Virus record (IMG/VR): IMGVR_UViG_3300027127_000005
Location: 1 to 64,000 of that record
DNA from: an uncultured virus (IMG/VR IMGVR_UViG_3300027127_000005)
Lineage: Duplodnaviria; Heunggongvirae; Uroviricota; Caudoviricetes
Length of the DNA stretch: 64,000 nucleotides
Strand: one strand, 5' to 3'
Each line of letters begins with the position of its first letter. The stretch's first letter is position 1. Below the pieces are notes generated by a model. The model was not told the DNA's origin and made no database searches. It saw nothing but the letters and a program-made list of their open reading frames with translations. Positions 22,330 through 35,100 of the stretch are shown one piece after another. Position numbers and translations under genes: made by a program.

Positions 22330-25300
22330 TATCAGTAAGTCCTACTTCCTCCTCCAGTTTAGCATAGTTTGCTGCTTCCCAACCAGCAACAAAAGATGCG
22401 TGTATCCAACCATACATAATGTCCTCACGGGTCTTTTCGTCTTCTACTTTACAGTCCCCATAAAACCACTCACTACGAAAAGTATAAGGACTATAAAAGT
22501 CATTAAACCACTTTACAAAGGCATCCTCTGCGTCATCGTGAAAGTTCCAATCGTTCGTAGGATGTTTAGTCATAAGGTTGTTGTGGGTCTTTTTTCCAAT
22601 TAGAAGTATAAACAATCCAAGGTTCTACACCGTGAGACATTTCAGCAGTCCAGTGTTGTCCATTCTCATCAATAGCATCCAAATAATGAATACCTGATTT
22701 TGGTCCAATCACTCGTGTGATGTGTGTGAATTTTACTCGTTCAGTCATTTTCTTTCATACAAGGATACTCAAACTTTTCACCAATACATTCTAACATAGT
22801 GCGGGCAAAGGTAATCTCACCATAAGCACAACCATCTTCAAAGGCATCATCATAACTACCAGCACTTGGAGTATAATCATCTCCAAATAGACCTTCATAG
22901 CAGTGTTTTACCTCTGCTACTTCTTTGAGAACCTTGAGGAGAAGATTGAGTTTTTCTTCGTTAGTCATTTCAGTTGTGCTTTGAGTTGATTTACAAGGTC
23001 TTTTGCTTGATTTAGAAACTCTCTGGATTGATGTGCCCTATCTTTATGAATGAGCACCCAATCAGGTTTTTCCGTACTTTCAATTACACAACCATTTCCA
23101 ATCGTTCCCCGTGTGTATTCAATCGCATTCCAAAGTTGATTCAGTTGTTCTTTGGTGATTTGCGTAGTCATTTCAGTTCTCCATAAGAAAGTGTTTTGAT
23201 TTCTTCTTTATTCAAAGTTTTGACATAACCACGAGGATAATCATTATCATAAGCATTAAAGACAAAAACAGGAATGTTTCGTTCTTTACAGATTTGTTTG
23301 AACTTTTCTTCATTCAGTTCAAACTTACCAACATACTCAACATTTGGATACATATCCCAAGATGCTACAAGTCCTCCTGTATAATAACCCCACTCAAACT
23401 CATCAAGTTCTTGAATGATTTGTTCTACATCTTGAATATTCTCTGGATTAGTGTAGATGCGTCCGTATCCTTTGTAAGTGAAGGCAGTCATTTCAGTTCC
23501 TCAAAATTTCTCTTCAATTTCTTGTTTTGTTGCTACTTCCACAGTAGGATAATTCACATCCTCATAACCATACAATTCAAAATCCCTAATCAGGTCTGTA
23601 ACAAGATTATCACACAGATAATCAGCAAAAATGTTCGGGTCAAGTTCTCCATCATTTGTAAGCATATCATGATTCTTATGCTTTTCAGGGTCAAACCTAA
23701 TATAAAAAGTTACTTTATAACCTTGTAGATTTTCCAGAGCATCCTTTGTCTTCTGTTGTTCCTTATGCTTTTGGATTTGAAGTTGAAGTTCGTTGAGTTG
23801 TTCTTCGGTCAGTTGTGAAAGGTCAATCATCCAACAAAAAGATTTGTAGAAATGTCGTAAAAGTATTGAGGTGGTTCTTCTGGTTTCTTTTTCTTTTCTG
23901 GTTGATAAGAACTTTGTGGTTTTGATTGAGTTTTTAGATACTCTTTGACTTCTTCTACACTCATTTCGTAGAGTTTTGGTTGTTCAGTCATTTCAGTTCT
24001 GGTGTTGTTTGAGGTGAAGTTTGATACAATCCATAACATCATCAAGAGTTTTAGCACTACCCTCATAGTAGTAATCCATATTCATTACATCTGTGACTTT
24101 GAGTTTGTAATAAAATCTATCATCAGGGAAATACTGGTGGATGTCGATGTGAGTTTCGTAGTCCATCGGTTTGGTTGCGTATGAGACTATCATACCACCT
24201 AAAGAGGCATCCAGAGAATCCCCTGTGCCAGTTCTTCAAGTGTTCTCACCCAAGTTCTTATAAATCGCATCCATCCATATCTTATCAAGATATTTCCGTT
24301 CTTCATCAGTAATCATATTTGCTCTCATATACTCTTCAAAGGTGATGTTATTATCATCCAAGAACTTTTGGAGTTCTTTTACTTCATCAGTCATTTTGTT
24401 ATAGGTACAAAAAATCTATTTACACTATACTTTCCATTCCTCATACACCCATAAAAAGTCATAACACCACTAATATCTTGATACTGTGGATTTTCCAATT
24501 CAATCTGTTCTTCAGTTTTTTTCAATTGGTTTTCAATACCCTCTATTGTAGTGAATGTTTGATTTTCTTTTACAATATCTTGAGGAATGCTCTTGAATTC
24601 ATTTTCAAGAAATTCTCTTTGTTCTTGTGTAAGTTCAAGTTTAGTCATAATAACCTCTATTCAAAATACCATAAAATTCATCTCTTCATCAGAATCATAT
24701 TTGCTCTCATATACTCTTCAAGTGTGATTTTATTATCATCCAAGAACTTTTGGAGTTCTTCAAGGTTCATAATCATAAACCTCAAAGGTTATTCTTTTAC
24801 CACAACTGAAACATCCAATAGCATCAACCTCTAAAGATACACATTTTACTTGTGCGGTTCCATTCTTTACTTTTTCTGCCAATTCTAAGAAAGCATCATT
24901 CCCACTGTATTTGTCGTAGGATTTGATTTTTGTAATACCTGTGTTTGATGTTGCTACTGATGGAGTTGTGAGATTGGATGCGACTGAAATATTAGTTGAA
25001 TTTAGTTTTTTTAGTTCCTCAAAAAATTCAAGTGTAAGTTCATACTCCTCTTTCTTTGATTCTTCTTTCTTTGGTTCTTCTTTCTTTTCTGGATAAATCT
25101 CATAATATTTTTGAATTAAGGGATTAGTCATTTCTCATTCTCCATATATTCACGGGTAAAAATTACTCCTGGTTTCTTCTGCAAACTTTACAACCTGAAA
25201 GTGATGCAAACAAGAACTAAAAGGATTTCTCCAAGAAATCCAGTTTTTTCTCTTTTCGCACCAATAGATGTGTTTGTAGAAATATCCATCGGGTCTTATA

Positions 25301-25662
25301 TTATAATATAAACAACAATAATATCCACTTTCTTTAGGATTTCCAGTAGTCCATTTATGTATCATTTCTTACACCGATGTAATGGAATACGAATAAACTG
25401 AAAGAACCTTCCAATATATCCTATCTGCTCTCCGCATTTTTGGCAACAATAAGATGGGTGGGTCATCCCCCTACATCTCCACTCACTACAATAGGTTCTA
25501 CATCACCACAGACAACTTCTGCGTTCATTTGTTCCATAATAATAGACACCTTATCCATAACTCTTTCTCTGGTTTCTTGTGTCCAAATACTATTTCCCAC
25601 GACATTTAAACTTTTATAGAGAGTATTATGGATTACCATAAGGTCTGCTGCTGATAGTTTAG

Positions 25663-26193
25663 TCATTTGTCGTTCCAAGTAAAATCAAGAAGCATCCTAG
25701 TAAAGTATCTCACAACACGATTTGGTTTCTTTTTCAGATACACTTTGATGTTTGGTTTGATGTCCCAGTATCCTACCTCATCTTTACCAATTCTAAACTC
25801 TGTAGTCCAATCTACAGCACTGCTCACACCAAGAGTAGAACAATCTAACTTACCTACTGTAAGTCTGACTGGGAATTGTCCGTGTTCCTTCGCATACTCA
25901 AAGTTCTCAATAATTCTATTGAACTTTGTTTCATACAAAGTTTCAGCAATATACTTTGACTTATAAAAACTATTCTTTGTTCTCTCAATCAAATCATCAA
26001 ACTTCTCCTCACATTCCTGTTGGATTTCTTCTAATGATTTGGGTGGTTCTGGAATATCAAGATAATTTTTGATTACATCAAAATACTCAAAATCTTCTGT
26101 GTAATAAAAAGCACCAACAACATAAGGAAGAATACTTTGAGGTGCTCCTTTGAGTTTGTTTGGGTTGAGTTTATATCCTATTCTTTCAGTCAT
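25663..26193 (-). CDS. hypothetical protein
   Basis: 176 aa ORF starting MTER, C-terminus KKPNRVVRYFTRMLLDFTW. Confidence 0.75.
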   Translation of the reverse strand: MTERIGYKLNPNKLKGAPQSILPYVVGAFYYTEDFEYFDVIKNYLDIPEPPKSLEEIQQECEEKFDDLIERTKNSFYKSKYIAETLYETKFNRIIENFEYAKEHGQFPVRLTVGKLDCSTLGVSSAVDWTTEFRIGKDEVGYWDIKPNIKVYLKKKPNRVVRYFTRMLLDFTWNDK

Positions 26194-26336
26194 TTTCTAA
26201 TCACAGCAATTACTTTACGATTTGGATACTTCTCTACAATTATATCACGAGCATTCTCATAATCAATAGCATCCTTTACGGTTTCATAATACACAGTTTT
26301 ATCTGCATCATCCCAAGTTTGAACTTCGTAAGTCAT
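26190..26336 (-). repeat. ~147-bp duplication (second copy 29366-29512) encoding 48 aa MTYEVQTWDDADK...VIAVIRK
   Basis: Apparently identical nucleotide sequence at both loci. Confidence 0.9.
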
Positions 26337-28737
26337 TTCTCCTCCCAATTTGCTCTCACATCTTTATAAGGTTCTGCTTTTACTACATTATGAATAGTAG
26401 GAGTAGTGCTTGAAGCAGGTGGAATATAAGGAGTGCTATAAAGTGGTGGAGATTTACTCAAATACTCTTCTACAATATTACAAGACCATCCATCCTCATA
26501 GAACTGCTTACCATAGAAAATAGCATCTTCCTTATTTGGAAAGGAAGCAACATAAGTGTCGTTGTGATAAAGTGAATAAACTTTCATTTTACATTCTCCC
26601 TTGCTTTGCGAGCAGCATCATAAAGTTCCCGAAGTCGTTGCGACCTTTCATCTCTCTTTTTGACTTGTTCTGGACTATTATACCACACACTATCAGTTCC
26701 GTGTAATGGGCAATCTGGATTGAGGTTTTTGGTGTCGGAGGTCTTCATTCCTATTTGAAGATAAGAACAGGTGCATTTAGTCATACCACAAACTCCTCAC
26801 ATTTTCGTTCATTCACATTATACTGCCTTTTCGCAGAATAAGGAATAGCACCTTTCCACTTTGGAATTTGGTTCATTTCATCTACCCCAGTCCAATCCAC
26901 AAGTTCTGGTGTTTCTTCTTTCACATAATACTGGGCATTTGCGAGTGCCTCTTTCTCATCTTCGGCAAGAATAACGATTTCAGTTTCGTAGGTTAGTTTA
27001 TAGAGTTTCATTTCAGTCATTTCAAATACCTGCGTCAGCATCAATTGTGAAGTTTGCTTTGTCTGTGATAATCTCTACACTCATATCATTCATAATGATT
27101 TCAAGTTTTTTAAGGACACCATCCCGTGCTTCTTTTGTAGCAGAACCAGTCCAATAATTATTCTGACTTAAAGAATGAAGTAGAGTGTCTGTGAGAATAT
27201 AAAGGTCTAATGCTGTGAGTTTCATTTCAGTTCCTCAATAATAGATTTGATTTGTTTGAGATTATCATAGTTTTCTTTATGAAAATCATAAAGTTCAGAA
27301 TAGTTAGTTTCCTCACGGATTTCCCAAGAAAGTTCTTCCATTTGTCCTGATGCTTCTTCAAGATAATAGTTGAGAGTATCAAGTAAAGTCATAATCCTTT
27401 GCGTGATACTTCTTCATTTAATTCCCAACCAGCATCGTGCCCCACTTTGAAACCTTTAGTATAACCTTCATCATAAAGTTCTCGGGCAAACTTCAAGAGG
27501 TCTTCTTCATCACATTCCCAGTAAATGTCGTGTGTTGTTTTACTTATGTGTCTATCAAACCCATAGGTGTTAGCAAGTTTGATGATTTCTTCATTTAAAA
27601 TCATTAGAGTGCCTCCAATTCATCAGCAATCTCAAGAATATCCTTGGATTTTACCATATAAGTTCCATCTTCCCAAGTCTCATAATCACTTACAATAGCA
27701 CGAATAACAGAAGCAAGAATTTTTCTACTATCCTTATCCAAATAAGTAGAAAAATTCTCCACAGGGGTCATTAGTGCTTCTGAATATCCGTTGATGTAAG
27801 TATCCCATACTTTTTGTGCTCTTTCAGTCATAATGCCTCCAATTCATCAGCATATTCATTCAGTTCATCAGCAATATGAATAAACAAGGGTTCTTGGTCA
27901 ATAATTCCATCTCTATGAATGATAGAAGAAATCACACGAATAGAAGATGCTAGTGCTTGTTTCATATCATCGGTGGGTTCAACAATCAATTCTGCTTTGA
28001 ATGTTTCCCAGATTTGGTATGCGGTATTCGTCATAGCAACTCCAATTCATCACAAATACCATCAATATCCTTTAAGCAGTCATCATAACCAAGAACATAC
28101 ATCACATTTAGTTCATCCTTAAAATCAACAGGATTTTGTCCTGATAGTTGCTTACGAAGGTGTTGAAGAACCTCTTGAAGCATCCAAGCAGTATTGTGTG
28201 CTTCACTTTTACAAATAACTTTTAGGAGTTCTTCTGCTTTTTCTTTATTTGTGGTCATAATACATTTCCTGTTCATAACGGACATAATCACTTTGAAGAT
28301 AGTTAAAGAACTCTCCGTCTTCACTTCTCATAGTATAGCACCATTCATCAAAGATTTCTCCAATCCACCACCAACCAACTTGGATTTTCTCAAAGAAGTT
28401 CATAGGTCTGTTGTATTTCATTTCTCCTCTACCCAAGTACAATCAAAACAAAGTTTCATCATAAACCTCACAAACCTATTAGGAACGTGTCCTTCTTGTG
28501 GAGTATAAGCAATTCCACAACCAGGACTACCACCAAACATATAACAAGTCCAATTAGATTGTTTTGGATTATGAATGTAGGAAGATATATAAGGATACGG
28601 TAGATTATCCCCAGAAGGTTTTACTGGTTGTCCTATGTTATACTCCATCGCATCAACATCCCAACCACAACATTCCACAGCACTATGAAGTGTAGAAAGA
28701 AACTCTGGGGTGATAAGTTCTTTGAGTTCTTGTTTCG

Positions 28738-29178
28738 TCATTTCAAATTTTCTCCCAAAACAGTAAGACATTCTTCATATCCTTTCAAGTATTCTCCAGT
28801 CATCACATTATGAGTGTATTGAGACATCCATTCTTTTACAATTTCACAAAACTCATCACAATCAGGTACAATCCATACTGTTTCATGAAATAATTGATGA
28901 AGAGTTTTGAGTTCTTCTGGTTCTTCTTCTGGTTCTTGTGATACTTTCTCTTCATAAGCAGCATTATAACCCTGCTCAAAATTCGTCCAAGTTGAACCAT
29001 CCCAACAAGTATCGGCAATATCAGTCACAGGATACCTACCATAAACTCTTTTGAATGCTTCTTCTACTGGTGATTTTGTTTTTTCCAGTTCCTCCAAGAA
29101 TGAGAGTTTCTTCTCAAGCATTTTGATTTCTGCTTTTACTTTTTGAATTTCAGTCATTTCAGTTTGAATTTCAGTCAT
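28738..29178 (-). CDS. mosaic hypothetical protein
   Basis: KSPVEEAFK.VYG.YP module; 21-bp tandem repeat at the start (MTEIQTE-MTEIQ). Confidence 0.75.
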   Translation of the reverse strand: MTEIQTEMTEIQKVKAEIKMLEKKLSFLEELEKTKSPVEEAFKRVYGRYPVTDIADTCWDGSTWTNFEQGYNAAYEEKVSQEPEEEPEELKTLHQLFHETVWIVPDCDEFCEIVKEWMSQYTHNVMTGEYLKGYEECLTVLGENLK

Positions 29179-32100
29179 TTCAGTTTCTCAATAATGGATT
29201 TGATTTGTTTGAGATTATCATAAAGTTCTTTATTGAAATCATAACATTCAGTCAAATGGTCTATGTTGTTGTCCTCAAAGTTAGTTTCCTCACGGATTTC
29301 CCAAGACAAACCATCCATATCTGCTGCGGTTTCTGTGAGAAAGTATTCAAGTGTTTCAAGTAAATTCATTTTCTAATCACAGCAATTACTTTACGATTTG
29401 GATACTTCTCTACAATTATATCACGAGCATTCTCATAATCAATAGCATCCTTTACGGTTTCATAATACACAGTTTTATCTGCATCATCCCAAGTTTGAAC
29501 TTCGTAAGTCATTTCTTCTCCCAAAAAGGGTTTCATTTCAATCCACTCATACAAATAGAACAAAGACAATCATCAGTTTTAGGAACTCTAAACATAATGT
29601 GATTTCCAGAGCAACAATCTCTATCACCACATTTCATACAATTATCACAAACCCACTCTTTTTGATTACGACATTTTACAAAATCTTCAAGAGTGTATTG
29701 TTGGAGAATAGAAGTCATTCTAATACATCAATAAGTTTGTTAAACATCCAAGAGATTATGAGTGCCTGCCCCCAAGTAAGAGGAAATAAAGACACAAGTG
29801 CCCAACCCATCAATCCCACAAAAATATAAAATCCAATTGTTTCACCAATCTCGTGTTTAGTCATTTCAGTTCACCTTAATAGGGGGGTCAATCAATCCTG
29901 GTGGAATTACATACCAGATAATGTTGTTTGTTTTGCGAATATCTGTTAGAGCATACATAAACTCATCAATAGTATTAAAAGATAATACTTCAAAGTCCTC
30001 TTCTTGATGAAGAGAAATTTTTTTATTTTGAATATCTACCACATATCTTATTGGAGTTTTAAGAAGTTCAGTCATTTGTGGCAATAATCCCAAATCCGTT
30101 GTTCCACCAATTCTAACACATCGGGGGGCACATAGGAAGTGTCTGTGGTTCTTGGAAGTTTTGCGACTTCCTCACAGATAAGTTCCAGTTCCATTAGAGT
30201 GTAGTCAGTCATTTAATTTTATCACGCATAAGTTTCAGACAATCATTCCAACCATTATTATAATCCTCACCATCTTCAATCACTTCAGCAGGCAACCATC
30301 TTTCCACCACACCACAAATCTCTTCCTTATGAACATAATTTGTCCCGTAATACACTTCATGTAATGCCTCATAAAGTGTCGGTGGTTTTGGTTCTTCTAC
30401 TCGTTGATACTTTACACCACCAATTTCAATAATATCAGGAGGTTGTTGGTTAGTCATTTGTTTAGTATAAGGACAATATTCAGGTTCAAAGCACCCACCT
30501 TGAGTTGCGTTGGTTTCTACATTCTCTGGTGCATAACACCATCCACAATCCCAGTATTTACATTTCATTCTTCAATCTCCACATTTCCCCAACGATTGAG
30601 TGCTTCACGAATAGTATTTCTAACTTCAGGATAAAGATTGTAATACCCTCCAATCTCATCCCAGAGTTCATCAATTTGTTCGTCGGTTGGTTCAGTCATT
30701 TCTTTCTATCCATAAAGTATTCAAGTAGTCCCAAAAACATAGAACCTCCCATATAAACAATCAAAACAATCATAACAAATTCAGGCATCTTTCAAATCCT
30801 TATCTTCAATAAGAATCACAGTCTCAAAAGGCAACTCACATCCCAATACACAATAAGAACCAAACTTATTCATCAAGTCCCACATTATAAACTCACAGTA
30901 TCCATTTTCATCTTCTTTAGGTGGTTCATAAGGAAACTTATCCAATTTACCGTGAGAGTTCCAAAAATCTTCCCACTGTTTCTTATGAAGTTCTTTACCG
31001 AACTTCGTGAGACGAATCTTGACGTTGGTATTAATGTTGAAGGATTTCATTTCACATCCACCCAATCATCATAATAATATCCATAAGAACCTCCACCACT
31101 ATGATTTTTACATAGAATATTACTACAAGAAAACCAATAGTCAAAGTTTTTACTTTCTGGTCGCACTTCCAAAAGAGATTGATTACACAGGTATTCTAAC
31201 ACAGGATTTTCACAATCGGTACATTTACCAACAACACCCAAACAATCTGGTGGTTCAGTCATAATCAATCAGTAGTTTTAGAAGAACTATAAGAAGTATA
31301 AAGCAAACCAGACATAAAGAGAAACCATCCCCAACCAGCAATCCCGTGAAGAGCAAGAATGATTCCTCCAATCACACAGGCAACAGAAGTTAGATTAGCA
31401 AGAAGCAGAATAAGTGCGTGGTTCATTCGTTTTATGTTTGTAAGATTATTATACGACAAAGGGCACCAGATTTCAAGGGCACCTATGCCAGTTCTTCAAG
31501 TGTCCTGCCACAAACTTATTGTAAAGAAATACTTGTGCTTGTCCCTTCGTTGAAACCACAATATTATAACCCAGTTTATTGATAATCTTTTCTAATCTTT
31601 CTCTGTGAAAACTAGCACCACTCCAGGTATGAGGATAATGGTCAATAAACTCCACACTCTTACCAGGATTTTCAAGTGCTTCTGTGATTGCTTTGTGATA
31701 AAGAACAGTAGTTCTTCCAGTTCCTCTGGTTTCTTGTTCGTATTTTTGAATGACTTTATCAGCAAGAGACATACTAACTCCATATCTATTGATAGGACTA
31801 CCATTTGCATCATCCATCAAATTTTTCAATCTTTTTAGAGCATCGTAAAGGTCTTCAGCAAGTTGTTTGTAATTGGCAGTCATTTTTTATCCCCCCACAG
31901 TTGCTCAAAATGCTTACCACCTCTACCACAATACATCTCAAGATTTCTGGCAACTCCACAATACTCACCTTTTTTGTCTCCAGTCACCAAATCACCAGTT
32001 ATGATTGGATTGTAACATTTATCAAAATAGTTACTCCCAAAAAGATGTCCTAACCAATTCTTCTCATAGTAGAGACAATCTTTGCATAGTTTGCGTTGTT

Positions 32101-35100
32101 CAGTCATTTGCAGTCCCTCTCTGGGTCAAAGTCAATATATTCTACCACAGATTTTTTGATACGAGAACAAAGTGCTTCTTGTGCTTGTTCCAAAGTAGAA
32201 TACCCACCATCAAAAGAAGGTTCAACGGTATTATGCCACCAGAACAAAAACTTTTCTTGCGGATAATACCGAATAACATCACCATAAGTTCCTTTTTTAA
32301 TACGATACTTATTCATAATTAATCTAGGTCGTAAATGTATTCTACACTCTTTTCTTTTTTCTTTAATTTTTGAATGGCATATGTTGCTTCTTCAAGTGTC
32401 GAAAATCCACCATCACCATTATAAGGAGAGGAATAAATGAGATTATGCCACCAAAACAAATGCTTTACTTGTGGAAAATATCTTGTTCCGTCATCATCAG
32501 TTACTTTTTTAATGCGATAGTTTTTCATTGGTTCATATGGTAAAAAATCTTCACGGATAAGTCGGGATTTTGGAGGTTCTGGTTTTTTTATTTCACACCA
32601 CCATAAGTACCAAAGAGGTTTTTGAGTTCGTGATAAACAAGCACCAGTTCTTTATCCGGTGTTAGACATCCACTATCCTTTTCAGTTCGTAGAAGTTCGT
32701 AGAGTTCTTTTGCTTGGTCTTCGGTGAGTGTAAGATGGTAAGTTTTACTGATTTTAATCATAGTTTATTCCTATAAGTGTATGTAATTTCTCCAGTTTCC
32801 TTATTCATTAGGTATGCCCAGTCAGTTGGAATTGTATCACAACAATCCCGAAACTTTTCAGTTGAAGATACTTCCATCACAATAGGAAGATTGTTAGAGT
32901 GATGATAAAAGATTGCTACAAGAGTCATTGTGGGTCTCCTACAAGTCCAGTTGGATAAGATGAGTTCAGGTATTCAGCATCAGCACGACTTTCCCAACCA
33001 TTTTCATTACCAATTTCGTAGATTGCTCGGGCAAAGTTCAAGAGGTCTTCATTCTCTCCACACCATTCATTCACAGAAGTAAGAACATAAAGATGTTCAG
33101 ACGCAATTTGAAGGATTTGTTCGTCGGTAATCACTGTGGGTTCTCCGATTCAAGACTATAAGCACGAGCAAAATACCCCTGCTCAAAATACCACATTCTC
33201 AGTGCGTCAATAGCAAGAAATGTCTTTTCTTCGTCAGTAGTTCCTGATTTGACGGCATTGAAAACTTTTGTTTGAAGTTCGGTCATTGGAGTTTAGATTT
33301 GAGTTCTTGGAGTTCTTTTTGTAGTTTATTGATTTGAGCAGATTGATAATCAATTTGATTATTTTGTTTGTTTATAAGTTCAACTATTTTGATGATTGAA
33401 TCTCCATATGTAACTACGGCACTTGAAAGTTGTTCAATTGATTGTTGGATAGTCATTGGAGTTCCTTTGTTTGTCCTACTATTATAAGGCATCACAGACC
33501 ACTCTGGATGCCTACTGTGCCAGTTCTTCTACTGGTACACACTCCCTTTCTGTCCTGGTTCATTACTACCCGTGCATTCTAACTTATGGTCGGTTGCTTT
33601 GGGGCATCTTTTATTACCACAAGTAGGGCACAGAACCATTCTAAACATACGTTGATGCCCTGTCTGTTCTTCACAACATTTTTGACACCAACAGTTTAGA
33701 TTATTTTGTAGTTCGTAGAGGGGTTTAATCATTTCTCACTCCAATACTCTTCATAATCATAAAAATCTCTGGGTTCTACATATGGTTTATCACAACCAGT
33801 ATAAGCATACATTTTGTTGTTTATTTTATACCAATCGTGGTTGAGACAATACCAGAAATCCATAACATACCAATCATAAAACCCCAAACTTTCTCTATAT
33901 GTGAGAGCACACTCCAGAGTGTCCTTTGGAATGGTCATCCAGATTTTCCACTTATCAAAGATTATTCGTGTGAGGTTCATTTTTGGTTCTCCTCTATCCA
34001 AACATTTACAATACCATTAGACAAATCCTTTTCATTATTATCTTCATCATAAACAGAGAGTTCTACATTATCAGGAGGATTGAGAACTTCTTTGAGATAT
34101 TCTGTGAGTTGTTTGTTTTCAATCATTTCTGGTTCTCCAACTTCAAATAATCATACTTAATTTTACAATCTTTTGGGTTCTCCATACACAAAACAAGAGT
34201 TTCATTCACTCCTTTTTTGTATCCTTGTCCGTCAGCAAATAGCAACATACCCACAAGAGAAAAACAAAAACCGAATAAAAGAATAAGTCCCCACAAATTA
34301 TCATCATTACTATACATTTCAGTTTCTCCCAACAAAATCTTTGATTTGTGGAACTTCTCCACAAATCTCATTCACTCTTCCTACTGTTTGGTCTTTGAGT
34401 GCTTGACGACACTCCAAGTTCTTATTGTATGTTTGTTGAAAGAGTGCTCGTTGTTGTTGCTCACTATAGGTGATAGAAGTAGCAGCAACGATTATAATAA
34501 AGAATACAGACAAAACTGCCCAATCAATTTCTTCAAAGTTTTTCATACATTTTCATCTCCCATTACGATTGAAGTGTCATAACTACCTTCATTATAACCC
34601 ATTTCGTGAATTATTAGAGCAAACTTCAGAAGGTCTTCTTCATCACATTCCCAGTAAATGTCGTTTGTTGCTTTACTTATGTGTCTATCAAACCCACAGG
34701 TTTTAGCAAGAACAAGAATTTCTTCATTTAAAATCATTAGAGTGCCTCAAGTTCATCAGCAAGTTCAATAAGGTCTATGGAACTAACCACCCATCTTCCA
34801 CAATCATCATCACCATGATAGTATCCAAATTCACTTACAATCTCACGAATAACAGCAGAAACACATTCTTCATCATAGTAAACAGATTTTTCTTTTGCTC
34901 TTTGATATGCTTTCATAATCCTTTTTGCTCTTTCAGTCACAGTGCCTCCAGTTCCTCACACAATTTTAACACATCAGCACACATAATCACACCAGGACTT
35001 TGTTGGAGTTGGTTGATGACTTCACGGAGAACATTAGCAATCGCATCATCATTAAGTTTTTCAATAATAAAATCTTGTCTTTTATCTGCGAAAGTGAGAT

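Noticed and set aside
17830..29512. Duplicated segments as diversity-generating retroelement TR/VR pairs
   Set aside because: No reverse transcriptase in the window, and the copies are identical or lack adenine-specific differences
31473..31883. RGTGRTT as a P-loop ATPase or terminase
   Set aside because: Only 136 aa, lacks the Walker A lysine and has no clear Walker B; left as hypothetical
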